Positions 1-11,144 of a stretch of 64,000 nt of DNA are shown in pieces. This DNA comes from an uncultured delta proteobacterium. Lineage in GTDB: Bacteria > Desulfobacterota > Desulfobacteria > Desulfobacterales > JAFDCJ01. The notes under the pieces were generated by a model. It was not told the origin of the DNA and ran no database searches. It saw nothing but the letters and a program-made list of their open reading frames with translations. The DNA is taken from the NCBI GenBank assembly GCA_963769935.1, contig CAVYNY010000034.1, positions 32,001 through 96,000 on the forward strand. Direction: 5' to 3'. Every line of letters begins with the position of its first letter. The stretch's first letter is position 1. The position numbers and the translations under genes are program-made.

Positions 1-148
1 GCCATTTTGTTTTCATCGCATCAGATGTGATTTATTGCTTGAGAAAATACGTTTACAGTATCGGTACTTTTGGGATGTCGATTTTTGTACAGATACCATA
101 GCAGGATATCACAGGGGTCACCCAGCTTTTGAATAGTTTTGATAAAAT

Positions 149-190
149 CAAATAAGAGGGCAGTGCCAAATAACACTGCCCTCTTATTTG
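149..190. terminator. Intrinsic terminator-like hairpin downstream of the sulfurtransferase
   Basis: Perfect 17-bp stem CAAATAAGAGGGCAGTG / CACTGCCCTCTTATTTG with an 8-nt loop, 10 nt past the stop at 200. Confidence 0.75.
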
Positions 191-199
191 TTGAAATAT

Positions 200-1138
200 C
201 TACTCAGTTGCTATTGGCCTTGTTTTGTCTGATATCCATTCTATCCAAGAACCGTCATAAAGGCTGACTCGGTTATATCCAAGCTGATAGAGAGCAAATA
301 AATCGAAAGCCCCACCATAGCCTGCACCGCAGTAAGTGATCACTTTGTCCTGCGGATTAGCTTTTAGTTTGCTCCAATGTTCTTTAAGCTCAACCGGAGC
401 GAGAAGAAGTCCGTTTTCTGTGTTTATATTGGACGGTCCGGGAATGTTTATCGCCGACGGAATGTGGCCAGGCGGCGCTGTACTGGGACTAAACGGCTTT
501 CTGCCAAAATGATGATCGGCGTTCAAAGCATCTACGAGATAAATGTTATCCTGCTCTATCGCTTGTTTAACATCTTCTATGTCTGCTATTAAGCTTGCCT
601 GAGTTTTTGCTTTATAGACTGTTGGTGTCGCTACGGACGCTGCAGTTTCTATTTCTCTGCCCTCCGTCTTCCATTTCCCCAAGCCGCCGTTTAAAATTTT
701 CACATTGTCATGCCCATAGTACATCAATGCCCACCACAGTTTTGCAGCCCAAGATCCACCAAATTCATCGTAAACAACAACCGTTGTATCATTGCCGATG
801 CCTAACTCTCCCATCAAATTCTCAAATTGACTCTCCGGCAAAATTAGCAAGGGAACCCGGCCCTTTGGGTCTGAGAGCTGACCGATAACATCCAGTGAAA
901 CAGCACCTGGTATATGCCCTTTATTGTATGAATCTGGATTGATGAACGATACAGTGCAATCTACAATTCGGATATCATTATCCATGAGATGCGTTTGCAG
1001 CCAATCAGTCGATGCAAGAGCTTCAGGATGGGCGTATTGCGGTTTGCCATTGTCAGCATGCATTTCACCTGTAGATAAAAAACCTATCAGAACCGCCGAA
1101 AGTATGATCCCTAATAAAACGGCTGGCAGCTTTTTCAT
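200..1138 (-). CDS. Exported tandem-rhodanese sulfurtransferase (SseA/TST family)
   Basis: Signal peptide; GHIPGA and GHIPSA motifs; active-site loop YCGAGYGG; C-terminal LYDGSWIEW; RBS GGAGG. Confidence 0.9.
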   Translation of the reverse strand: MKKLPAVLLGIILSAVLIGFLSTGEMHADNGKPQYAHPEALASTDWLQTHLMDNDIRIVDCTVSFINPDSYNKGHIPGAVSLDVIGQLSDPKGRVPLLILPESQFENLMGELGIGNDTTVVVYDEFGGSWAAKLWWALMYYGHDNVKILNGGLGKWKTEGREIETAASVATPTVYKAKTQASLIADIEDVKQAIEQDNIYLVDALNADHHFGRKPFSPSTAPPGHIPSAINIPGPSNINTENGLLLAPVELKEHWSKLKANPQDKVITYCGAGYGGAFDLFALYQLGYNRVSLYDGSWIEWISDKTRPIATE

Positions 1139-1205
1139 AATTGCCTCCTTTCTTTTAAATGAATTGCACCAGAAATGGTTTCAAAGCTTTCGATAAGGTT
1201 CAAGG

Positions 1206-1358
1206 TCAGGGCGGCCGGATGCGTTCAACCGCCCCGCAGTGATAGGATTTTAAGGTTCTTACAGTGGCTTCTTCACGATCGCCCATGAGACGACTGTAGC
1301 CTTCGACGTCTGCGCTGAGAATTGCGGTGAACTTTAGCTTAAAACCTTCATCTGCCAT
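1206..1358 (-). pseudogene. Truncated N-terminal fragment of a class III adenylate/guanylate cyclase gene
   Basis: Translates MADEGFKLKFTAILSADVEGYSRLMGDREEATVRTLKSY, then diverges and stops after 50 aa. Confidence 0.7.
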
Positions 1359-1722
1359 AACAGCATCCCCATTATTAAGGTTTCAAACTTAGGAACTCAG
1401 AATGTAGATTTTTCGAAGAAACGCAGTATCAGATGAGCAGCAGAAGTTGATGCAGCAATTGGAGAACCGCTTCAAGTCAGATGGAATAGGAGGATCTGAA
1501 ATAGTTTATATGTGCCGATACCAAAATCGAAGGGTTTAGTCAACAGAATTAAAATTCAAGTTAATAGTGATATATTAGAATATCACAAATCCACCCGAAG
1601 TGCAGATTTGTAAGATGAAAGCTCAAAAATATCGTACATTCAAATTGTAAATATTTCTTGCCACTATCCCCAGTTAACAGCTTTTATGGATACTTTTCAA
1701 ATACCTCACGTTTTTCCGGAAA

Positions 1723-2721
1723 TCACAGATCAGTCCAATTAAGGATTCCGGAATTCAAGTCGAAAATTCCGTCACCCTGTGTATCGGCTTCAATTCTGTA
1801 ATGCAATTGATCCATGGCAATTAATTGGGCTTTGGTAGCGCTATCTCCCTGGATGACCAGTTGACCCGAGGCGGGCCAGTCGTCTTCTTCAAAAACGACA
1901 AAGGGTGCCGTTGTCGTCAACGTCACGAATCCACTATCAGGGTTGTAGAAAGTGCCGAAGATTTCTATTTCAACACGATCGGCAAACTCGTAAAGATTGA
2001 TACTATAGTCTTTCAGCCAGTAAACCTGACCGGATTGTTTATCCTTGCTATAGGCGGTAAACGTTGCAACGATGGGTGTTGCGGTAAAGTCCAATGAAAT
2101 TTCGCCGTCCAAGGTGTGCGATTCATCGGAAAGATCAGTAAATGAGAAGGTAGCTGTATCGAAAACTCCGGAACTTACTTCAAAGGTTCCATCAACATCG
2201 GTTTCGCCGGATACCGTAATCTCGTCATCGCAATAATCGGTCAATACAAGGTCTCCGCTGAATGTTCCGGAAATCCTGTCAAAGGTCAATGTGTAGGAAA
2301 GCTCACCTCCGCAACCGCCTCTCAAATTATTGCTTTCGGTGATGACGTTTGAACGGCTTGAAATATTCAATTCCGTATCCAACTCAATCCTGCGAAGACT
2401 ATCCGCCAGCAGCAGGGGGAATCTCAAGGGACGAAAAACATCTATTTGATCAGGATCGGTGCGTTGGCTCAATTTTAAGCTTTTGGGTGCAGCGCTTGAC
2501 TGGCCGCCGGCAAACGCACCCGCGGCAAGAGATTCAGCATTCGACGGCGTAATTGCCGCCTGTAGGGTAGTGCCGCTAAATCCGATTGTAGTTTGATCGT
2601 CTGTTTGATTTTTATCGTTGTTGACGTCACCGCTGCTGTAGATGACGACGCATCCCCCATATATGTAGGGCAGGGCGGAGGCCAAAAGAATAATAATGAT
2701 AATAAATTTAAGATTCTTCAT
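1723..2721 (-). CDS. Hypothetical lipoprotein/exported beta-rich protein
   Basis: Basic N-terminus, hydrophobic stretch and GGC lipobox-like motif; acidic Gly/Thr-rich body. Confidence 0.7.
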   Translation of the reverse strand: MKNLKFIIIIILLASALPYIYGGCVVIYSSGDVNNDKNQTDDQTTIGFSGTTLQAAITPSNAESLAAGAFAGGQSSAAPKSLKLSQRTDPDQIDVFRPLRFPLLLADSLRRIELDTELNISSRSNVITESNNLRGGCGGELSYTLTFDRISGTFSGDLVLTDYCDDEITVSGETDVDGTFEVSSGVFDTATFSFTDLSDESHTLDGEISLDFTATPIVATFTAYSKDKQSGQVYWLKDYSINLYEFADRVEIEIFGTFYNPDSGFVTLTTTAPFVVFEEDDWPASGQLVIQGDSATKAQLIAMDQLHYRIEADTQGDGIFDLNSGILNWTDL

Positions 2722-2908
2722 GTGATATCCCCTGGGTTTCATTGCTTTTTGACTCAGGATCCAATATTTTAGCTATTTTCTCTTTTCTTTGCCGCTGTGT
2801 GAGGTAAGGCGTCATATACACTTCAAGAATTAACTTTTCGCGGTCCCGTTTTATGCCGGCGGCTTCCTCGATTTTGGAAACCAGTTTTTCTATTTCGATG
2901 ACTTTGCA
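2708..2908 (-). pseudogene. Possible C-terminal remnant of a response regulator receiver gene
   Basis: Start-less frame CKVIEIEKLVSKIEEAAGIKRDREKLILEVYMTPYLTQRQRKEKIAKIL resembles receiver helix 5 plus tail; stop overlaps the next start. Confidence 0.4.
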
Positions 2909-3072
2909 TAAAAAAAACCTCAGCTCGTCAGATTACAGCCAAGGTCTTTTCAAAATAAATCATGATTTTCATTGCTCCGGATCTAATTTTGCCGATTATT
3001 TTTCCAAACCAATGTCCGCAAAACTACCACGCCGGCAAATTCAGATCAAGATAAACCTGTATCGCGTTCTTT

Positions 3073-4654
3073 TTACTCCAGTTTTGCGATTCGCTCCTTG
3101 GCACCCGTGTATATTTGCCTCAGTTTGGGCTTTTCGATTTTACCCGTGGGACTGCGCGGAACTTCCCCGAAAATGATTTTGCGGGGCCGTTTGTATCTGG
3201 GCAGCTGTTCACAGAACGTTGCTATTTCCGCTTCGGTCAGGGTCTGGTTGGGTTTGGCCTTGATAATGGCGGCAGCGATTTCGCCCAGACGCTCGTCGGG
3301 CATGCCGATGACGCCGACATCCTGTACCTTGGGATGACCCATGATATGGCTTTCAATCTCCACCGGAAAGATGTTCTCGCCGCCGGTGATAATGACGTCC
3401 TTGGCGCGGTCAACCAGCCAGATAAAGCCGTCTTCATCCATGCGGGCGATGTCGCCGGTATGCAGCCAGCCGTCTCTGAGGGTGGCAGCGGTGGCCTCGG
3501 GATTTTTGTAATATTCCCGCATAACGCCGGGCCCTCTGACCAGCAGTTCACCGGGTTCACCTGGGGCCGCCGGCCGGGATTCAAAATCAACGATCCGGCA
3601 TTCCCAGTCAAATCCGGGAACGCCGATGGCCCCGACTTTGTGGGTGTTTTCAAGGCCCAGATGCACGCAGCCCGGGCCGGTAGATTCGGTCAGGCCATAG
3701 TTGGTATCGTAGTCATGGCGGGGGAAAGCCTTTTTCCATTTTTTTATCAGGCTTGGCGGAATCGGTTGGGCACCGATGTGCATCAGCCGCCATTGGTCCA
3801 GTTGATAGTCGTCAAGATTTACATCTCCGTTTTCAATGGCTATCAGGATATCGTGGGCCCAGGGGACCAGCAGGAAGATATTGGTGACATGTTCTTCGGA
3901 AATAGCCTCCAATATCCACTTCGGGTTTAACCCTTTCAGCAGAACACCTCTCGCCCCGACCATAAAATTGCCGAACCAGTGCATTGTGGCGCCCGTGTGA
4001 TAGAGGGGGGGAATACACAGGAAGGTATCTGCGTGGGTCTGATAATGATGACGGTTTTCCACATAACAGGAATGTTCCAGATTGCGGTGGGTCAAATGCA
4101 CCGCTTTGGGGGTGCCCGTGGTTCCCGAGGTAAAATACAGCGCGGCACTGTCAAGTAAATCGAATACGACCGGCGGGGCCTCCGATGACGCGGAAGCCAA
4201 CAAATCCGTGTATTGCTCGGCAAACGCGGGACGTTTTTCTTCGGGGCCTACAAATACGTAGATTGCCACCGTTTTATCCAGGTCAGCTTTAATCTGTTTC
4301 AACCCGACCGATAAACTCCTCGCCGAATACCAAGGCCTTGGCCTCTGCAATTTCATTGCACAACTTGATATCATCGGCGGCAAACCTGAAATTGAGCGGC
4401 ACCACCCAGGCGCCGGTGCGCAGGATGCCGAAATAAGCAGGGAGCCATTCGATGCAATTCATCATCAGGTGAATGACTTTATCGCCTTTTTGAATTCCCC
4501 TGGCAATCAGGGCGTTGGCCACCCGGTCGGCTGCGGTGTCGAATTCCTGCCAGGTGATTTCCCGCCGGCTGTTATTGGCAGGGTCCCGTTCGATCAGGGC
4601 AGCTTCCGGGCCGTAGACGCGGGCATTGCGGGCTAAAATTTCAGTTATCAGCAA
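3073..4654 (-). CDS. AMP-forming acyl/aryl-CoA ligase (one extra base near 4300 splits it)
   Basis: ORFs 4289-4654 and 3073-4383 join as ...GRVE/QIKADLDK; motifs YFTSGTTGTPK, YGLTE, TGD, PTGK. Confidence 0.9.
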
Positions 4655-4841
4655 AGCGTGCTCCTCTCTGTCCAGTGTCGAGTTGTTGTTAAACCAGATG
4701 TGGCCGTTGACCAGTTTTCCCCATCTTCATCTGGGAGTTATGCGTTATTTGTTGTGGTTAATAGTTTGAGAGAAACAACATTTTTTTTTGCGATTTGTTG
4801 GGTTTCGCCCTCTGATCCGCATTTCATAAATGGCTGATATT

Positions 4842-4900
4842 CGTAGGTTGGGTTAAAGTATAAAACGCAACATGATTCGTCCGGCTCAACCCAACCTACG
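4842..4900. repeat. GTAG-type REP-like inverted pair
   Basis: CGTAGGTTGGGTT ... AACCCAACCTACG, perfect 13-bp inverted repeat. Confidence 0.65.
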
Positions 4901-4965
4901 GACTCGATCTGGGTAGTTGTAATTGGAACCTTCACCAATAACTAATAACCGGTAACTAATAACTT

Positions 4966-6546
4966 TTAATCTAGCTTTTTAAAGGCCTCCTTGCGGCCGG
5001 TGTATTTCTCCCGCATTTTGGGCTTCATGAGTTTGCCGGTCGGATTGCGCATGACCGGATCGAAGATTATCTTGCGCGGCACCTTGTATGTGGCCATTTT
5101 GGTTTTGGCGTATTCAACCAGCTCCTCTTCCGTCATCGATTCCCCCTGCTTCAGCTGAACGATGGCCAGCACAATTTCAACCAGCCGTTCGTCGGGATAT
5201 CCGATGCAGGCCACATCGTCGATCTTGGGATGGTCCATCAGGGCATCTTCAATCTCTACGGGGAATATATTTTCCCCGCCGCTGGTGACCATGTCCTTGG
5301 CCCTGTCGACGATATAGTAATAGCCCTGCTCGTCGGCTTTTACCAGATCGCCGGTATGCAGCCAGCCGTCTTTAAGGGTTCTTTTGGTCATATCCGGATT
5401 CTGAAAATAGCCCTTCATCATGCGGTTGGTCTTAAGCAAAAGCTCGCCGACTTCTCCGGGCGTTACATCGTTGCCTTCAAAATCAACAATCCTGGCATCC
5501 ATGCCGAAAGTGGGTTTGCCGATGGAGCCGGGTCTCTCAAGCACCTCCTCCGGATAGAGATTAAACAGACCGCCGCCGCCGCCCTCGGTGATTCCGTAGA
5601 TATTGGAGCAGCCGCAGGGCAGGGTATCCACCAGCCGCTTCATGACATCGAAGGGTACCGGCTGGGCCCCGATCTCCATGTAACGCCAGCGGGTCAGGTC
5701 ATAGTCGGCCAGTTTAATCTCGCCTTTTTTGATGGCGTTCAATATGGCAATGGCGATGGGTACGACAAAAAGAACATCAGTGGCCTTTTCTTCGGCCATC
5801 GCTTCAATGATCCATTTGGGGTCGCTGAACTCTCTGAGTATTGTTCCGGTGGCGCCGGTGGCGTAAAAGGGCGCCCACAAAAACATGGTGCCGCTGTGAT
5901 ACAGCGGCAGGAAGAAAACATAGTTGTCATTTTTCTCGATAAAATAGCTCATGCCGTTGCCGATGGCCGTATTGTTCAGGGAATAATGGGTATGCAGAAC
6001 CGGCTTCGGGTCGCCCGTTGTACCGGAGGTAAACATCATGGCCAGGTCATGCTGATCATCCACATCAACCATCGCTTCAGAGATGTCTTCATAGGCGGCC
6101 ATAGTTTGATAGTCGATCATGTCATCCGGTACTTCGGCGCCCACGCAGATATAATTTTCTACCGTTTTCAAGTCCTTTTGGATCGGCTGAACCACCGGCA
6201 GAAATTCCGAGCCCAACAGAAAGGCTTTGGGTTGGCAAATATTGGCGGCGTACTGGATATCCCTGCCCACAAATCGAAAATTAAGGGGCACAACGATCGC
6301 ACCGAGCTTGATAATGGCATAATAGGTGATAAGCCATTCCAGGGAATTGTTCTGCAAATGCATTACAAAGTCGCCGTCTTTTACTCCCAGTTCCTTGGAT
6401 AAATAATTGGCCGATTTATTTATCTCATCATTAAACTGGTGCCAGGTGAGGGTGCGTCTTAAGTTTTTTGAGGGGGTTCTTTCGATGAGGCATACTTTAT
6501 CAGACAAATGGCGGGCGTGGATTGCGGCATAACTGGCGTAGTTCAT
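4966..6546 (-). CDS. AMP-forming acyl/aryl-CoA ligase
   Basis: FTSGTTGDPK, YGITE, TGD, GGENIFPVEIE, PTGK motifs; RBS GGAGG. Confidence 0.93.
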   Translation of the reverse strand: MNYASYAAIHARHLSDKVCLIERTPSKNLRRTLTWHQFNDEINKSANYLSKELGVKDGDFVMHLQNNSLEWLITYYAIIKLGAIVVPLNFRFVGRDIQYAANICQPKAFLLGSEFLPVVQPIQKDLKTVENYICVGAEVPDDMIDYQTMAAYEDISEAMVDVDDQHDLAMMFTSGTTGDPKPVLHTHYSLNNTAIGNGMSYFIEKNDNYVFFLPLYHSGTMFLWAPFYATGATGTILREFSDPKWIIEAMAEEKATDVLFVVPIAIAILNAIKKGEIKLADYDLTRWRYMEIGAQPVPFDVMKRLVDTLPCGCSNIYGITEGGGGGLFNLYPEEVLERPGSIGKPTFGMDARIVDFEGNDVTPGEVGELLLKTNRMMKGYFQNPDMTKRTLKDGWLHTGDLVKADEQGYYYIVDRAKDMVTSGGENIFPVEIEDALMDHPKIDDVACIGYPDERLVEIVLAIVQLKQGESMTEEELVEYAKTKMATYKVPRKIIFDPVMRNPTGKLMKPKMREKYTGRKEAFKKLD

Positions 6547-6564
6547 TTCGATCCTCCTGATTCT

Positions 6565-8122
6565 TTACTTACTGAATTTTTCTCTAAGTTTGCGGTGAAG
6601 TATCTTGCCGGTCGGCGTGCGCGGCATCTCGTCCGGTTCAATAAATATCACTTCCTTGGGCGTCTTGTAACCGGCTATCTGGCCCCGGCAGCATTCTCTG
6701 ATCATCTCCTCGGTGATGTCTTCCGGCCGGATGCCGTTTTTTTTAACCACAACGGCCGTCACTTTTTCACCCCACTTATCATCAGGCAGTCCGATCACCG
6801 CACAATCCAGAACGCACTCGTGACTGCCGACGATTTCCTCCACTTCGCTGGGATAGACATTTTCACCACCGGTTATGATCATATTTTTTTTGCGGTCCAC
6901 CAGGTGGTAAAAACCATCTTCGTCCCGCCGGGCCATGTCGCCGGCCGAAAAAAAGCCGTCTTTAAACGATTCCGCAGTCAGGTCAGGCAGTTTATAGTAC
7001 TCGTCAAAGAGCATGGGCCCGCGGGAGTACAATTCGCCGATCTCACCATCGGGAACTTCACGGCCGTTGTCATCCAGGATCCGAATAATATCGGAACCGA
7101 GCGCTTCAAAGCCGATGGAGCCGAGCTTTGTCATCTGGTATTCGGGCTTTAAAATGGTTACAATGCCGCCTTCAGTTGAGCCATACGCTTCGTAGAGCTC
7201 CACCCCGGAGAAAAATTCCATGACCGCCTGCTTCATACTCTTGCGTCCGGGCGCGGAGGAGCAGAGCAGCTTGCGAATACTGCTGACATCGCGTTTTTTG
7301 GCATCCTCAGGTGCGTTTAAAATCAGGGTGTAATGGGTTGGAATCAGCGATATGAAAGTAATTTTATGCCTTTCGATGATTTCCAGAATTTCTTCCGGCT
7401 TAAAACCGATGGCCGGATGAATGATAGGCGGAGCCGCCGATGTAGAGAAAGGTGAAGGTAAAATATATGGAGTTGATGTGGCACAAAGGCATCACATTCA
7501 GGCAAACGTCCTTTTCGCTGAACCCGAAATCAACGGCATTGTGCAGATAATAGGCCACGTGGGATTCATGGGAGCGGATAACCCCTTTCGGTTTGCCGGT
7601 GGTACCGGAGGTGTAGATGAGGATCCAGGTGTCCCGGATATCCAGCGCCACATCGGGTTCATCATCGACGGCGTCTTTGATGAATTCTTCATACTCGCGG
7701 TAGCCCGATTCCGGTTTGCCGACCATTACGAAATTTTTCGAAGAAATATTTTGCAGTTTGTCTTTTATGGGCCGCACCGCAGCGGCAAACAGGTCGTGGA
7801 CGACAAAGGCTTTGGCATCCGAATTGTTGACAATGTACTCGACCTCGGGGCCGGCCAGCCGAAAATTTATCGGCACCATAATGATGCCGGTTTTGGCGGT
7901 GGCTAAAAACAGTTCGACAATTTCGATACTGTTTTCGAGCAAGACGGCCAGTTTGTCTCCTTTCTGAAGCCCCAGTGACATCAGACTGTGGGCAAGCCGG
8001 TTCACCCGCTTGTTCAATGCCGGATAGGTAAATGACCGGTCCTTGTCCATTAGTGCAACCGTATCCGGAAACTTTTTAGCGTTTAATTTTTGCATTTGAC
8101 CTAAGTTCAGCCAAAAGGACAT
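6565..8122 (-). CDS. AMP-forming acyl/aryl-CoA ligase (one extra base near 7423 splits it)
   Basis: 7400-8122 has YTSGTTGKPK; shifted frame continues IHPAIGFKPEEILE...SSAPGRKSMKQ into 6565-7236 (YGSTE, PTGK). Confidence 0.9.
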
Positions 8123-8317
8123 TGGGGGTACCTCCCTGCGCGTATGAGATTATTTCGAATTAACAGGCTGCTATTGTTTGCCATCTCTGGTTATGAAAGT
8201 GAGCTAAAATTGTAAATGATCTAAAATGATCTAAAATTAAGGAATCCTATCATTAAAAAAAAGATAAGATACATGAATTTTAGGCATTTTAAATTTTAGG
8301 CAATTTAGGCATTTTTT

Positions 8318-9565
8318 TTACCTTCTCTCCTCCAGCTGTTCGATAAACGCCTCTACATTGGTCTTGGTCTGCTCGTCGGAGAGCAGGCGCAGGTCGTTCA
8401 AATCCCCCTGAATCGTCAGACTGGGGACGCCCGTTTCCTGCTCAAGTCTTTGCGGCATGCCATAGCGGCAGTTGGAGTTGTTGGGACAGGTTTTGGCGTC
8501 ATGGTAGATAATACCGTCAATTTTGTAGAAATCCAGCATGTCCCGGATATATTTTTCCTTGGCCGCATCGGATCGCACGATAAATAATTCCGTGTAGGCC
8601 TCCGCCATGCTGTTGAACGGATCTTCGGGATTCAACCTGGAGAAAATCCAGCTGTTGCAGTAGGTCGATGCGAGAACGCTGGCCTTGAGTCCGGCAAATA
8701 ACTCGGAATGGGCCCGCAGCCTGCCCCAAACCGGCATACCCTCCCAGTAGATCCTGAAACGCTCGTCGTCGATTGCGCCTTCACCGTCTTTTATTCGTTC
8801 TATCAATTCGGCGAGCAGCATCTTGTAGACGTCCACGGCCGCTTGCGTGCCCCGGCCGACCACGGCCGGCCCCATGAGAGTGGCGGCATCAAAAAAGGTT
8901 AAGGGTGTTGGTTGAGTAGCTGCCGTTTCCAGCACTTTTCGCCAGAGTTCGGAACATTCCCGCGACAGTGCGACGACCCGCTTCAATTCATCCAGCTTAA
9001 AGGATTGGCCGGCGATTTTTTCCAGCTGTCCGGCAAGCTCCTCCATTTGTCTGGCAATGGAACCGACCAGGGCATTGGTAACATCGCCCACGTTGCGGTG
9101 GGTGTAGACGCCCAACACCGGTGCGTTGAATTTTTCCCCGTACCAGGAAAACCAGTCCTGAACATCCCGGCACTGGTTCGTATTAAACACCAGGACATCC
9201 GGCTGCGGGATGCCGGTGATGCCTTCATAGGCCTTGGCCAGCGGGGTCACGCCTTTCAAAAAAGCGCCGATGTCGGCGGTCAGGTAGGAACATATATCCG
9301 GCGAGTAGCCCAGCGCATTGGCCTCCGGGATGAGATCCGATGCCATGCGGGTGGCACCCAGCATGGCGGAATGCGTTTCCGGAAAGTAAACCAGAAACCC
9401 CAGGGCTCTTAATATTTCCGCCGGACCGACACTGGTGCACCAGGCGATTTTGGGGTCACCGGCCTTGGCGGCATCGTTCAGTTCGTAATAATAATCCGCC
9501 ATGTATTTGCTGACGGCAGCGGCGGATTTTAGTTTCTTTCTGCTTATTTTTTTTTCTGAAGGCAT
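8318..9565 (-). CDS. 2-hydroxyacyl-CoA dehydratase / class I benzoyl-CoA reductase catalytic-type subunit (BcrB/HgdA-like)
   Basis: AWCTSVGPAE, YSPDICSY..DIG, PDVL..NTNQC, DGIIYHDAKTC, QTKTNVEAFIE motifs of the HGD-D family. Confidence 0.85.
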   Translation of the reverse strand: MPSEKKISRKKLKSAAAVSKYMADYYYELNDAAKAGDPKIAWCTSVGPAEILRALGFLVYFPETHSAMLGATRMASDLIPEANALGYSPDICSYLTADIGAFLKGVTPLAKAYEGITGIPQPDVLVFNTNQCRDVQDWFSWYGEKFNAPVLGVYTHRNVGDVTNALVGSIARQMEELAGQLEKIAGQSFKLDELKRVVALSRECSELWRKVLETAATQPTPLTFFDAATLMGPAVVGRGTQAAVDVYKMLLAELIERIKDGEGAIDDERFRIYWEGMPVWGRLRAHSELFAGLKASVLASTYCNSWIFSRLNPEDPFNSMAEAYTELFIVRSDAAKEKYIRDMLDFYKIDGIIYHDAKTCPNNSNCRYGMPQRLEQETGVPSLTIQGDLNDLRLLSDEQTKTNVEAFIEQLEERR

Positions 9566-9617
9566 GTGTTCGCACTGAATAAATCTATATGGCTATTTAG
9601 GTTGAAATTTATGCCCG

Positions 9618-9723
9618 GTGGGAGTGGTTTTCCCTCCGGGGCGTAAGCCCTGCGGGCTGGAGGCAACCACGCTTTTAGATGGTGTCCCGACCGAGTTCAT
9701 CGCGGTTGAAAACCGCTCCCACA
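9618..9723. repeat. GTGG-type REP-like pair with a second hairpin inserted in the left arm
   Basis: GTGGGAGTGGTTTTC...GAAAACCGCTCCCAC; CCTCCGGGGCGTAAGCCCTGCGGGCTGGAGG interrupts the left copy; related motif near 45980. Confidence 0.55.
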
Positions 9724-9858
9724 ACACCTTTAACATAGGTTTAGGTACCAAAAAAAGTTTCGTCTTAGATCAAACTGGCCGCTTCGGCGGAAACGCTGAA
9801 CCTTAAATCCTTTGCCCTAAACCTTTTTACCTTTGGCCTTTTACCTTTAACCTTTTTC

Positions 9859-10635
9859 TCAGCTTCCCATCGCATACAGAGCCGCCCCGATCGCGCCGGT
9901 CAGCTGGGGATAGTCCGGCACCAGTATTTTGCGGCCGATAATTTCTTCGGTCATTTTTACCAGGTACGGATTGTGCGCCACGACGCCTCCTGTCATAACT
10001 ACCTTTTCGGTCAACGCATCCATTTCCAGCACACGTTTAACCATGGAATAAAATACCCCTTTTACAATATCCGGCAGTTTTTTGCCCTGTCGGATATTTT
10101 CCAATACCTCGGTGGCGGAAAAAACGGTGCAAAAGCTGCCCAGTTTAACCATGTCTTCGGAACGGCGCGCCAGGGCGTCCATTTCTTCTATGGATACATC
10201 CAGCCGCATGGCCATTTCTTCTAAAAAGGCCCCGGTCCCGGCCGCACACTTGCGATTCATTTTAAAATTGATGCGCAGGCCTCTGTCGTCCAATTTAATA
10301 ATTTTGTTGTCCTGGCCACCAATGTCGATAATGGTTGTCGAAAACGGAAAATATAAAAAGCAGCCTTTGGCATGACAGCCGATTTCCGTTTTAGAGTCAC
10401 CGGCATAGGATACATTTTTGCGTCCATATCCGGTGGAAACCGCCTTGGCAATATCCGATATTTCGGCACCGGCCTTTTTTAACGAGAGTTCCAAGCAAGT
10501 TTGAGCTGTCGCGGAAAAATCCGTACCGGATCGTTGCACGGCCCATCCCAGAAGTGCCCTTTCGCTATCCAGCACGGCCACCTTGGTCCGCGAGGCCCCC
10601 ACATCGGCGCCGACATAGATGGGTCTATAACTCAT
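9859..10635 (-). CDS. ASKHA-type ATP-dependent activase (BcrA/D, BzdP/Q, HgdC family)
   Basis: GADVGASRTK, STGYGR, IDIGGQDNK, NRKCAAGTGAFLE, CTVF, TGGVVAHN, GAIGAA. Confidence 0.92.
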   Translation of the reverse strand: MSYRPIYVGADVGASRTKVAVLDSERALLGWAVQRSGTDFSATAQTCLELSLKKAGAEISDIAKAVSTGYGRKNVSYAGDSKTEIGCHAKGCFLYFPFSTTIIDIGGQDNKIIKLDDRGLRINFKMNRKCAAGTGAFLEEMAMRLDVSIEEMDALARRSEDMVKLGSFCTVFSATEVLENIRQGKKLPDIVKGVFYSMVKRVLEMDALTEKVVMTGGVVAHNPYLVKMTEEIIGRKILVPDYPQLTGAIGAALYAMGS

Positions 10636-11144
10636 TGCACAATTTTTTTAAGGTTGGATTCATAACGCTTAATTACCTCGGCTATTTGTTATTGCGAACT
10701 CTCACTAAGGGTTTCAGGTGTCAGGTGTCAGGGCCCGGATGGCAAATAGTATAAAATTGATCGCTCATCGAGGGTGACAACTTTCAAGTTCCCCTGTCCA
10801 TTGAATAAAACAAGCCTGGAATTTCGGTCGATTTGACTTATTCGATACTTGATATTCGATATTTATCCGCCTCCGGTGGATTCGCTTTTTTTAGAGTTCC
10901 CTTTTCGATCAGACTGGTCGCTCCGCCACCACCGGCGGGGCTGACACCTGACACCTCATATGAAACTTCCTTAAATTTGATGCCATTTTTACGAAGTGTC
11001 TCACCGCTGAGAGGCGAGAGCGCAGAGATTAATTTAACTTTTCTTTCTCGGCGTTCTCGGCGGGCTCTGCGGTGAACTATTCTGTTTCTTTTTCGATCAG
11101 ACCGGCTGTTGTTCTGGCCGGCGGCTGGGCTGACACCTGAAACC

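Noticed and set aside
5230..6402. Long antisense ORFs (also 3115-3930, 20806-21540, 36775-38094 and others)
   Set aside because: Shadows of well-supported genes on the opposite strand, with no recognisable motifs.
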